Assembly (NCBI GenBank): GCA_964016885.1
Contig: OZ024740.1
Location: forward strand, 219,356,001-219,420,000
Source of the DNA: Eledone cirrhosa
Lineage: Eukaryota
Reading direction: 5' to 3'
Length of the DNA stretch: 64,000 nucleotides
Shown: piece by piece, positions 36,317 to 47,425 of the stretch
Numbering within the stretch: position 1 is the stretch's first letter
Layout: every line of letters begins with the position of its first letter
Translations under genes and position numbers: made by a program
Notes under the pieces: model-generated
Told to the model about the DNA's origin: nothing
Seen by the model: only the letters and a program-made list of their open reading frames with translations
The model's database searches: none

Positions 36317-37586
36317 CACGGCCTAGAATCAAAAGGCCTTAAAATTAACCTGGCTAAGACTAAAGTTCTAGTTTGTAGGAAAGAAAATAAGGCGGCGGTC
36401 CCTTCCGGGAAATGGCCATGCTCAGTGTATAGGAAAGGCGTAGGTAGAAACTCCATTTTATGTCCCAAATGCAAAGTATGGGTGCATAAAAGATGTAGTG
36501 GGATCACAGGTAAGCTAACTAAGAACTTAGATTTTACATGTGGGCAGTGCTCTGGTGCAATAAGTAGCAGCGAGTGCCCACAAAATACTAACTCTTTCAA
36601 TTGCGCAGAGGGCTCTATAGAAATAGTGGACAGCTTCCGTTACCTGGGTGACAAAATCAGCAGTGGGGGAGGGTGCTCCGAAAGTACAGTAGCTAGAGTC
36701 AGAACTGGATGGAAAAAGTTCAGCGAGCTTATACCACTATTAGCCGCTAGAGGGTTCTCCCTAAAAATGAAAGGCAGGTTATACGATGCCTGCATACGAA
36801 CAACAATGCTGCATGGCAGTGAGATCTGGGCATTGTATGCAGAGGATATACGCAGACTAGAGAGGAACGAAGCTTGCATGCTCCGCTGGATGTGTAATAG
36901 TAATATACGTGAACGGCAAAGCATAAACGAACTAAGGGAAAAATTAGAAATAAGAGGGATCAGATGTTGTTTACTCGAGAGAAGGCTACGTTGGTACGGA
37001 CACGTGATGCGCATGATAGCTGTATAACAAAGTGCAGGGCAATAAAGATAGACGGTAGCCACAGAATAGGCAGACCTAGAAAATCCTTGGACGAGCTGAT
37101 AAACTCTGACCTCACACACTTACACCTCTCCAAGACAATGTCACTGGACTGAGACCTTTGGCGGTACTCAGTAATAGAGAAGACCCGCCTTACCTAAATA
37201 TATAGTAAAACCTACTACAGCCAGTAGGCATCTTTAACAAAATACACCCCCGTCCCACCACCCACACCCCCATCCACACCACCCCCTCCTATGTAAAGTT
37301 ATGTTGGTGCCACAACATCCAGGCCGAAACAAATGAGATCGTGTAGGTGTCACGACAAAAAAACACACAGTCCACGCTGTAATGTGGCCGTGTAGGCAAC
37401 ACGGTAAAAACCTCCCAGTCCCACACTGTAAATGTGGTTGGTGTTAGGAAGGGCATCCAACTGTAGAAAACCTGCCAGACAGTCCTATGCGAGCAAGACA
37501 ATCACTCTTGCCTCAAGTGGGAATACCCCCGTCCAAACCCATGCAAGCGTGGAACACGGACGTTAAACGTTGATGATGATGATGAT
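36317..37586 (+). mobile_element. 5'-truncated RTE family A copy inserted into the PLE inverted arm
   Basis: HGLESKGLKINL..PHD..RLRWYGHV, 3' UTR and (GAT)n tail; the PLE sequence resumes in register on both sides. Confidence 0.95.
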
Positions 37587-37907
37587 TGTCCTTCAGTACA
37601 TCTTATGCTATACACTACATTTCTAGTTTTACAGTTAATATGGGGGCTTATTTTACAGGTTATACATTTCTTATCTATACATGAGGGTCTTTGAAAAGGG
37701 TATGTCTTGCTAATAAGTGTTTTTACGGAGGTACCTGGTCTTTCTACTATCTTAATATTGAGTTTATGTTTATTTAGGGCCCTTCTAAATTTGTAGGCTA
37801 GTTCGCCTCTAGGGGTTGTATCGATGAACATTACACTCTGGTATTTATTGCTATCATACCATGAGTTTATTCTATTAGCCTTGTTCCTAGTTCTTTCTAT
37901 TCTATTC

Positions 37908-38813
37908 CATTATGCCAAACCCATGACTTCCAAACATCTGATCCACCGAAACTCGGCCATTTCGGACCATACCAAAATCAACATACTGATTGCGGATTTG
38001 GTACGGGTGATGAGAAATGTGTTCCACATGTGCAACCCCGAAGAACTAGAGAGACACATACAATACTTCATCCACCGTATGCAGTTCTCTGGCTACAATC
38101 AGAGAGATAGAATTAGAGTGTATAGAGGAGCCAGAATCAAATGGGAAAAAATGGTAAATAATGACATAAATGGGACCTGCCCCTTGTATAGGAGCAAATT
38201 TTGGAATAGAATAGAAAGAACTAGGAACAAGGCTAATAGAATAAACTCATGGTATGATAGCAATAAATACCAGAGTGTAATGTTCATCGATACAACCCCT
38301 AGAGGCGAACTAGCCTACAAATTTAGAAGGGCCCTAAATAAACATAAACTCAATATTAAGATAGTAGAAAGACCAGGTACCTCCGTAAAAACACTTATTA
38401 GCAAGACATACCCTTTTCAAAGACCCTCATGTATAGATAAGAAATGTATAACCTGTAAAATAAGCCCCCATATTAACTGTAAAACTAGAAATGTAGTGTA
38501 TAGCATAAGATGTACTGAAGGACAATGTAGAAACAAAAATATAGTGTACATAGGTGAGACAGCTCGTAGTATAGGGGAACGGATAAATGAACACTGGCGA
38601 GACCTTCAAGATAATAAAGAATCATCTGTACTCTACCAACATGCTAAGATAGAACACAAGGGTAAATTAGAGAACATAGAAATAAAAATAGAATCTACAC
38701 ACATAAAAGATGCAATGTTTAGACAAATTACAGAGGCAATAAACATAAAAGAATTACAACCAAAATTAAATAGAAAATATGAGTGGAACAGCAACATCAC
38801 AACTTACAATTAA
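37908..38813 (+). CDS. PLE ORF 3' part: RT thumb, Cys linker, GIY-YIG endonuclease (5'-truncated)
   Basis: HYAKPM..SGY..PLYR..W; CIDKKCITC; CKTRNVVYSIRC..C..VYIGETARS..RINEH..LYQH..EH..RQITEA..LNRKYEW. The first 28 aa of the ORF-track call come from the inverted arm. Confidence 0.9.
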   Translation, partial: HYAKPMTSKHLIHRNSAISDHTKINILIADLVRVMRNVFHMCNPEELERHIQYFIHRMQFSGYNQRDRIRVYRGARIKWEKMVNNDINGTCPLYRSKFWNRIERTRNKANRINSWYDSNKYQSVMFIDTTPRGELAYKFRRALNKHKLNIKIVERPGTSVKTLISKTYPFQRPSCIDKKCITCKISPHINCKTRNVVYSIRCTEGQCRNKNIVYIGETARSIGERINEHWRDLQDNKESSVLYQHAKIEHKGKLENIEIKIESTHIKDAMFRQITEAINIKELQPKLNRKYEWNSNITTYN

Positions 38814-39029
38814 GGACAAAATGAAAACACACACACACATAGAACAAACAACCAACCAATAACATGTAAATAAATAAATAAATAAATAAACAAATAGATA
38901 AATGAACATAAACACACACAGACACCCGGATGTGGCGCATGCGCAAACTGAGCACACAACACACACACAGAAACAAAATGGCGTAGGACAGAACAAAGGA
39001 GAGGCACAGAAACAAAGAAAGGAATCCCC

Positions 39030-39074
39030 AGTCACTGAAGAGGTCACAGAGTGTGTGACGAAAGGACTATGACT
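39030..39074 (+). ncRNA. Minimal type I hammerhead motif in the PLE 3' UTR (mirror copy at 35763-35807, minus strand)
   Basis: agtca CTGAAGA g gtcaca gagtg tgtgac GAAA ggac TA tgact. Confidence 0.75.
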
Positions 39075-39295
39075 ATATATAAACAACTATCTGGTTGTGG
39101 AACCAACCAACCAGAAATTTATAAATTTATAAATTTGTAAATTTATAAATATATAATAAATTGAAGTGAAAGCAACTGGTGCGTGTGTTTCTTATTGGCA
39201 ACATGACCCTCCCAAAGTATAACAATATGTATATATATATATATATATATATGTATCATCATCATCATCATCGTTTAACGTCCGTGTTCCACGCT

Positions 39296-39354
<59 letters not shown>

Positions 39355-40047
39355 GGAGGCACATGGCTTAGTGGTTAGAGCATTGGCCTTGCAATCAAAA
39401 GGTTGTGAGTTCAATTCTCAGACCGGATGATGTGTTGTTTCCTTGAGCAAGACACTTTATTTCACATTACTCCAGTTTACTCAGCTGTAGAAATGAGATG
39501 ATAGGGATTGGGGTCCATATCATTCCACTGGAAAGTGGTCGTGTAGGTGCACGGCTAAAAAGCACCCAGCACTCACTGTAAATGAGGTTGGTGTTAGGAA
39601 GGGCATCCAGCTGTAGAAATCAAGCCAGAATCAGTTTCCGTCCCACCCTTGCAAGCAGGGAAAAAGCGGACGTAAAATGAAATGAAAAATGAAAATGTAT
39701 ATGTATATTATACAGGAGGCACATGGCTTAGTGGTTAGAGCATTGGCCTTGCAATCAAAAGGTTGTGAGTTCAATTCTCAGACCGGGCGATGTGTTGTTT
39801 CCTTGAGCAAGGCACTTTATTTCACATTGCTCCAGTTTACTCAGCTGCTGAAATAAGATGATAGAGGCTGGGGTCCCTATCATTCCACTGCAAAGTGGTT
39901 GTGGAGGTGCCACGGCAAAAAAGCACCCAGCACTCACTGTAAATGAGGTTGGTGTTAGGAAGGGCATCCAGCTGTAGAAATCAAGCTAGAATCAGTTCCC
40001 GTCCCACCCTTGCAAGCAGGTAAAATGAAATGAAATGATGATATTGA

Positions 40048-40050
<3 letters not shown>
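39355..40050 (+). mobile_element. Two tandem young SINE copies (39355-39695 and 39715-40050)
   Basis: Each begins ggaggcacatggcttagtggttagagc and ends in the family B-type tail. Confidence 0.9.
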
Positions 40051-40096
<46 letters not shown>

Positions 40097-40223
40097 GATA
40101 AATGTACCAAAATATAGGGGTAGTGTCCAATCCGTATGAAGAACTCAATGTAATCTAAATATCATGAAAAGAGAAGATACATTCAAAACTTTTCGATGAA
40201 AATCATAGGAAAACAGAGTCAAG

Positions 40224-40561
40224 ATAAATTAATAAAAACAATGAATAAAAACAAAGAACAAGTTGCTTATATTAAAAAATTCATCATTTTACGATCGTTT
40301 CTAGGATATATATGTGTGTTGGTATATATATCATATAGATCTATGTAAAAATATTACAAACTATCAGAGGAAATATACATACCTTCACATATATATGTGA
40401 AGGTATGTATATTTCCTCTGATAGTTTGTAATATTTTTACATAGATCTATATGATATACATACCAACACACATATATATCCTAGAAACGATCGTAAAATG
40501 ATGAATTTTTTAATATAAGGAACTTGTTCTTTGCTTTTATTCATTGTTTTTATTAATTTAT
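40224..40561. repeat. 338-bp spacerless palindrome
   Basis: Centre cacatatatatgtg at 40392/40393; three mismatches seen between the 169-bp arms. Confidence 0.92.
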
Positions 40562-40764
40562 ATATATATATATATAAACGCTGACTTATGTTCCTATCCC
40601 TTTCTGTTTTCCTTTATTTGACCGGTAGTAGCACACTGTAAGCTTTAGCCACGTCACTTGAGGGCAACCGGCAAAGGTGGAAGATGCTAGATGTCGGTCG
40701 TCCTCGGGTCTTTGATTTTCAGCCCCATGGATTTTATCTATTACATTCACTTATTATATTTCGA

Positions 40765-40823
40765 ATACCTGATGATATCACCGGATTCATACGGAACCCG
40801 GTCATTGAAAATGATCATAGTAT
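40765..40823 (+). ncRNA. Degenerate hammerhead-like motif
   Basis: atac CTGATGA tatc accgg..ccggt catt GAAA ATGATCAT A gtat. The base of stem II is imperfect and there is one extra A. Confidence 0.45.
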
Positions 40824-41014
40824 AATAAACCTTTCAAGGATTTACACAAGTCCAGCCTCCTGTCATTTCATTATAATATTTAACTCCGTACTAGCACCAC
40901 CAACTACAAAAATAAAAACGGTTGAACTGCTTTACGTTGAGTACTCTCTATATTATTACATTAAGATTGACCATACGGAATTGACCAGCTCTATCCAGTG
41001 GTGAACCTCAAACC

Positions 41015-41057
<43 letters not shown>

Positions 41058-41237
41058 CGTTTCTGAATTTGTTTAGCAAGATTCTTTATCTGAAAACGTG
41101 TGTTGAAACCGATATTGTTATACTTTGGGAGAGACATGTTGCCAATAAGAAACACACGCACCAGTTGCTTTCACTTCAATTGTTTCTTATTGGCAACATG
41201 ACCCTTCCAAAGTATAACAATATATATATATATATAT

Positions 41238-41635
41238 ATCATCATCATCATCATCATTTTACGTCCGCTTTTCCCTGCTTGCAAGGGTGGGACGGGTCTT
41301 ATTCAGCACAGCATCTCTCCACTCGTCACGGTCCCTCGTCATCTCCACCGTGAGCTTCAATGATCTGAGGTCTGTTCTCACCACCTCCGCCCATGTTTTT
41401 TGTGGTCTACCTCTACCACGTCTTCCTTCAACTGGCATTTCCTGGCACTTCTTCACCCATCGGTCATCCTCCATGCGCATCACATGTCCATACCACCTCA
41501 GTCTCCTCTCCCGTACATTACATTCTATCCCTCTCAGACACAGTTTCTCTCTCAACACATTTATGCTGGGTCATTCACGCACATTTACACTGCACATCCA
41601 ACGGAGCATGCTTGCCTCATTTCTCTCCAGCCGTC
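41238..41635 (-). mobile_element. RTE family B 3' fragment
   Basis: ORF 41259-41558 ends in TLASREKRT* followed by (GAT)n. Confidence 0.92.
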
Positions 41636-42099
41636 TATATATATATAGAGAGAGAAATGTAGTTAATACAAAGCATTATGAGATATGTAGGAAAAGGCCG
41701 ATAATGTTTTTTCTTAAGCCAGTACAATGCGGTAGAGAAATATGTACATACACACACACACATATATATATATATACTGTATATATATATACAGAGAGAG
41801 AGAGAGAAAATGCATAACTTGTGTTGTGGGTTGTGAGTGAAAGTATTGGATTAATAATTATATGGTCTAAGTCCAAATCTTAGCTACCACTGTGTTGTGA
41901 ACAACTCTACTTGCTATAATTAGTGGTAGAAAGGACATTCACCTGTAAAAAATCGATTCCTCTAACTTGAAACTCTCAAATCTATGTTAACACAGCAAAA
42001 TAGATATTAAACAGTAATCATATTTAGGAATTTAGCATAGTTAGGGCAGATTCATCACCAGGCTTTGGTGCTTCAGAACATTCTAGAAGGGCGCTCTAA

Positions 42100-42537
42100 T
42101 TAATTTGCAAGGAATGTATTTTATGAGACATGGGTAGTGAACATAGAGGATAATGTGAAGGCTAGAGAGAAATGAAACAAGTAAGCATTGATGGACGTGC
42201 AATGTTTATGTGTGAGAACAACAAAGCATTGAATGACTGAGAGAGAAACTGAGTACAAGAGGAATCAGATGTAGTGTGTAAGAGAGGAGACTGTGATGCC
42301 AAGGACACATGATGAACGTGGATGATAATCACTGGGTGAAGAAGAAACAAGAAGTCCAAGTTAAAGGAAGCCGCAATAGAGGAAGACCTGGTCAGAGGTG
42401 GCGAGAGCTGATCTCACATTAAACAGAGCTCACAGAGGAGATGATGAAAGATTGTGACAAGTGGAGAGATGCTGTGGTGAAAAAGACCCATCCAACCCAT
42501 TCAAGTTTGGAACAGTGAACTTAAAATGATGATGATG
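42100..42537 (+). mobile_element. Highly decayed RTE family B 3' fragment
   Basis: gctagagagaaatga..gagaggagactg..gacaagtggagagatgctgtg..(GAT)n. Confidence 0.7.
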
Positions 42538-43179
42538 TTGATTTTCTAAAGCTGAGGGTGCATCATCATAACACAGGGAAGCTGAGTATTTTAGTGCCAT
42601 CCAGTAGTCCCCCCTCCTCCTTGGTGACAGGCCTGAGCTTGGGAAGGAAGCAGTCAATACTGGGTGGAACTATATCGTGTTTTTCATGAGAAAGGAACAG
42701 TATATTCAAGGACTGCTATGAGCAACACAAACTCTAGCTACATCATAGATAGCAATACTCTGATTACCGCATGTTCAAAGACTGCAGTTCTTGAGTTTAC
42801 ATGGCTGGTAGTTTGCCATAAAAATTTAAATACTGTATATAAGAATTGATTTACTGCAGTATACAGTATGTAAGAGAAATAATAAAAAAAAAACAATGCA
42901 GTATAATTTCTCCTTGAATTTCATTTTTTTTTTAGCTGCTGCTGTTGAATGTATTGTTCTTATTCATTGTTTTAGGCACGTGATCTTTGCGAAGTTGTTC
43001 TCTGCTACATCAGCATACTGTGTATATTTATATATTCATATGTATATATTTTGTGCGTTTTATGGGAATTGGTGTTATTAAAAGCTGGATTAATGAAAAG
43101 TTTATAGTATTTTGAAACACTCAATTAATTACCATGATTTCTAAATGAGTGAGTATCTATTGCACAATTGGTGAAAGTG

Positions 43180-43640
43180 TTAAAACAAAGAGGAAAATTA
43201 TAGGATTGGAAGGAAAGTTAGCAATAATTAGCGAGCATGAAAGTGGTGTTACTAAAGTTAAAATGGGCAAATCAACAGTGTATCATGTTATTGAGATTAT
43301 GAAGCTTTATAAAGAACTGGAGTAGAGTGCTATTCCGTTATTGAATTTCCAAAACAAGAAACTTCAATGATTCAAATGGAATGTCTTTTGTCAATTTAGA
43401 TTAAAAATTGCAACTAAAAGCACATTTTAAAAGTTAAATGGCCATCAAAATGAAGTCTGTTAGCCTGTTTATAGCAGTTTAACAAAACAATAGGAAAAAG
43501 GAAACAAAATTAAACGAGAATCTAATAAAATGGAAGTTCTGGATGGTTTCACAGGTTTAGAAAATTGTCTGCAATCCATAACATTGGGGTTGTAGGAGGA
43601 ATTGAGAGTGGAGATGATTGTGCTGCAGCCAAATATCATG
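43180..43640 (+). pseudogene. Decayed pogo/Tigger transposase N-terminus (HTH-psq plus CENP-B-type HTH)
   Basis: TKRKIIGLEGKLAIISEHESG..KSTVYHVI; ..SSGWFHRFRKLSAIHNI..ESGD..AAKY, with stops and frameshifts. Confidence 0.7.
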
Positions 43641-45396
43641 TTGAATTGAAAATGGTGCTTAGTCATGGCTGAAACCAGAAAAAGAATGTGGCTATGCTGG
43701 GGCAACAAGTTGATTTAGTCAGTCATATCAACCCAGTTCTTATTTCTTCAAATCTGATACTTATTTTATTGATTTCTTCTTTATTTTTGTCAAACTGATG
43801 GCAGAAATTGTTATTAGCTTGCTATGTAGCAAATCATTTAAAACTGTTCAAAATTGTTGCATATTTATTTTGAAAACATGATTTTTTATTGGCTGTTGCA
43901 GTCAGTTTCACTAGCTATTGTCCATGGAAATGCATTTGCCATTTTGTCCACAGGACACAGCCAAAACACCGCTCTGACTTAGGTGTAGTGTTTGTCACCC
44001 TCTCACCTTCTCCCTTTCTTTTTTGTCACCTAATAATCCTTGTTCTTTCCCTCCATTTCCTCTCATTTATAGCATACACAGTCCTTTCCAATACTACTTT
44101 CTTTTTCCATGTTTGGTTAGATATTAAATTCTTTATTATTTTTATGTAATCTTATCCTGAGTATTTTTAAATAAAATTTGATTGTATCGTTTAAAAATGC
44201 TGATATAACAAAAAAGGAAATTGTTCTGTTATTACATTTATATAGATATTATTTCTCTTGTTAATTTTGTTAGTTTTTAGAAAGCCTGATATTAAATAAG
44301 TTTTAGCATTACATAACTCAGATGCAAACGTAAACATAGACACATACACACACATGTACACACATACACACACACACACACATCTCTTATTTCTAACAAC
44401 ATGGTTGGAAAGCAAACTCCTTAATCCTCTCAACTACACAGACAAGTTATAAATGCTGTAAGATGAAAAGGTTGGTGTCAGGAAGGGCTTCTGGCCATAA
44501 AACACTGCCTCACAATTCCTGAGCAACCTTTGCCAGCATGAAAAAGCAGATGGAAAAAATACAATGATGAGGATGATGATGCTCACATATTCTCCTATGC
44601 TTGATGCTGCCCACAGGAAGAGGGGGCATTCTTAATCCTGCATATATCCAATTCCTCTCCTTGCCTCTTTCATCATACTCTCCTTCAACCCAGTCACTCC
44701 CATTATTGCCTCCCTCTGTCTTGCTGAGGTTCTAATGGCTTCTACAGTTGCAGTGTTGGTGCCACAATAAGTTGCACCTATACATTCTATGTGGTAGTGC
44801 TAGCACCATGTTAAAAGGCATCAAGTACACTCTGTAAAGTGATAGTGGTGGTGGTGCCATGATAAAATGCACCGAGTACACTCTGAAAAGAGGTTGGTAT
44901 TAGGAAGGGTATCCAGCTGTACAAATCATGCCAAAAATTGAAATGTATGAGCAAGACATGGTCCCCTCCCCACATCACCTAACTTATCTATTCTTTGACC
45001 ACGACAACCCATCCAAACCCTTCATACCCCCTTCCACACGCCTCCTACCCCCCCCCCCCCCCCACATACACACGCCCATATATCCACCTTTCTAATCCCC
45101 ACACACCCTTACCACCAAAATCCCCAACCCATACTGTAAAGTGGTTGTGATGTCAACACAACAAAAAGTGACCAGCCCACACTGTAAGGTTGTCATGTAG
45201 GTGTCACGACAAAAAGCACCCAGTACTCACTGTAAATGTGGTTGGTGTTAGGAATGGCATCCAGCTGTAGAAACCAAGCCAAAATCAGTTCTGTATGAGC
45301 AAGACCATCTGACCTCGACTTGCTAGTGTGGAAAATAGAGGTTAAACGGTGATGATGATGATGATATCATTAATATATATATATATATATATATAT

Positions 45397-47425
45397 AAAA
45401 GACTAGCATGGAAGGCTTGGAAAAAGGGTGGGAGTAGAGAATGATATACAGCCGCTAAGAGAGAAGCTAGACATCAGGTGTACTTAGCACGCAGGGAGGC
45501 TGAGAGTAGGAGGTTTGCCAATATTCTGCGATGGGAAGATCAGAGACGTGCGGTGTTCCACATTGCAAGGCAGTGTGTCAATGCAAATCAGGATGTTGTT
45601 GGAGATAAATGTGTCCGGAATGATGCCGGTGTACTTAGTGTCACGAATGATCAGAAAAAGGAGGCCTGGAAATGTCATTATGAGAGACTGATGAATGTGG
45701 AGAACAATGGGAGAGAGAGAAATTACCCTCAGTAGATCCGACAGAGGGACCAGCTATTGAGATTGAAGAAGATAGGGTCCAAGAGGCGATTAAGGAAATG
45801 AAAAATAGTAAGGCCGCTGGACCGTCGGGGATAGTTGCTGAGATGCTGAAGATATCAGAGGACGTAGGCACTAAACTGGTTGCACGCATCATCAATCAGG
45901 CTATATATGGCGGTGTCATACCCAAAGACTGGTGCAGCAATATTCTCATAAGTTTCTACAAAAGTAAAGGGGATGCTCTGGAGAGGAGCAATTATAGGGG
46001 TATAAAACTGATGGATCAGGTTATGAAAGTGGCAGAAAGGATATTAGCACAACTAATTAGAGAAAGGGTAAAACTAGATGAGATGCAGTTTGGTTTTGTG
46101 CCTGGGAAAAGTACAACAGATGCCCTCTTCTTGGTGAGACAATTACAACAGAGGTTCTTAGAGAAGAATAAGCCACTATACTTAGCTTTTGTTGACCTAG
46201 AGAAGGCCTTTGATAGGGTACCCCGATCTATCATCTGGTGGTCCCTAAGGAAACTAGGTGTTGAGGAATGGCTTGTGAGGACAGTGCAAACTTTGTACAG
46301 AGGTGCCGTCAGTAAAGTCAGGGTAGGAATGGAGTTTAGTGAGGAATTCCAGATACAAGTAGGAGTACATCAAGTTTCGGTCCTCAGCCCGCTCTTGTTC
46401 ATTATAGTCCTCCAAGCCATAACAGAGGAGTTTAAGACTGACTGTCCATGGGAACTTCTCTATGCTGATGATCTGGTTCTTATAGCAGAATCAGTAGAGG
46501 AGCTAGAGAATTATTTCTGGCTATAGAAACAGCAGTTGGAAGCAAGAGGACTAGCTAAGACAAAAGTGTTGATGAGTAGAAAAGAGGACAAAACTCTGAT
46601 TCCGTCAGGGAAATGGCCATGTTTGATATGCAGATCTTGGGTACACAAGAGATGTAGTGGGATAGCAGGCAAACTAACAGGCAGGGAGAAATACGTATGC
46701 AGTAGATGTACTGGGAAACAGTAGATGTACTGGAAAACAGTAGAAGTTCCATTGATAGATACATTTTTCAAATGCAGGCGGGTGCTATAGAAGTGGTTGA
46801 TAGCTTCCAGTACCTAAGAGATCAGATTAGCATGGGAGGGGGGTGTTCCGAGGCCATAGTATCTAGAATAAGGACGGGTTGGAAGAAGTTTAGGGAGCTG
46901 CTTCCTCTGCTGATGAAGAAGGGTTTCTCCCTGCGTACAAAAGGCCGGTTATATGATGCCTGTGTGAGGAGCGCGATGCTGCATGGTAGTTAGATATAGG
47001 CAGCAACTGCAGAGGATATGCGACGGCTGGAGAGAAATGAGGCAAGCATGCCCCGTTGGATGTGCAATGTCAATGTGCGTGAATGACCCAGCATGAATGT
47101 GTTGAGAGAGAAACTGTGTCTGAGAGGGATAGAATGTAGTGTGCGAGAGAGGAGACTGAGGTGGTATGGACATGTTATGCGCATGGAGGATGACCGATGG
47201 GTGAAGAAGTGCCAGGAAATGCCAGTTGAAGGAAGACGTGGTAGAGGTAGACTACAAAAAACATGGGCAGAGGTGGTGAGAACAGACCTCAGATCACTGA
47301 AGCTCACGGTGGAGATGACGAAGGACTGTGACAAGTGGAGAGATGCTGTGCTAAATAAGACCCATCCCACCCTTGTAAGCAGGGAAAAGCGGACGTAAAA
47401 GGATGATGATGATGATGATGATGAT
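45397..47425 (+). mobile_element. 5'-truncated RTE family B, about 2 kb, frameshifted
   Basis: ORFs 45478-45735, 45798-46526 (FVDLEKAFD, YADD), 46536-46724, 46706-46993 and 47093-47398; (GAT)n tail. Confidence 0.95.

Larger units (their letters stand above)
35548..39228. mobile_element. Penelope-like element (Nematis-like), 5'-truncated, with a long inverted duplicate of its 3' half
   Basis: Plus copy 37908-39228. The inverted arm is 35548-36310 plus 37585-37909 and is near-identical to the plus copy. Confidence 0.9.

Noticed and set aside
36224-37027. Novel 267-aa fusion protein
   Set aside because: It is an accidental in-frame join of antisense PLE sequence to a truncated RTE.
34275-40050. 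A giant palindrome including the mirror-placed SINEs on both sides of the PLE
   Set aside because: The left and right SINEs differ in internal indels and tails; true arm identity stops at about 35604/39228.
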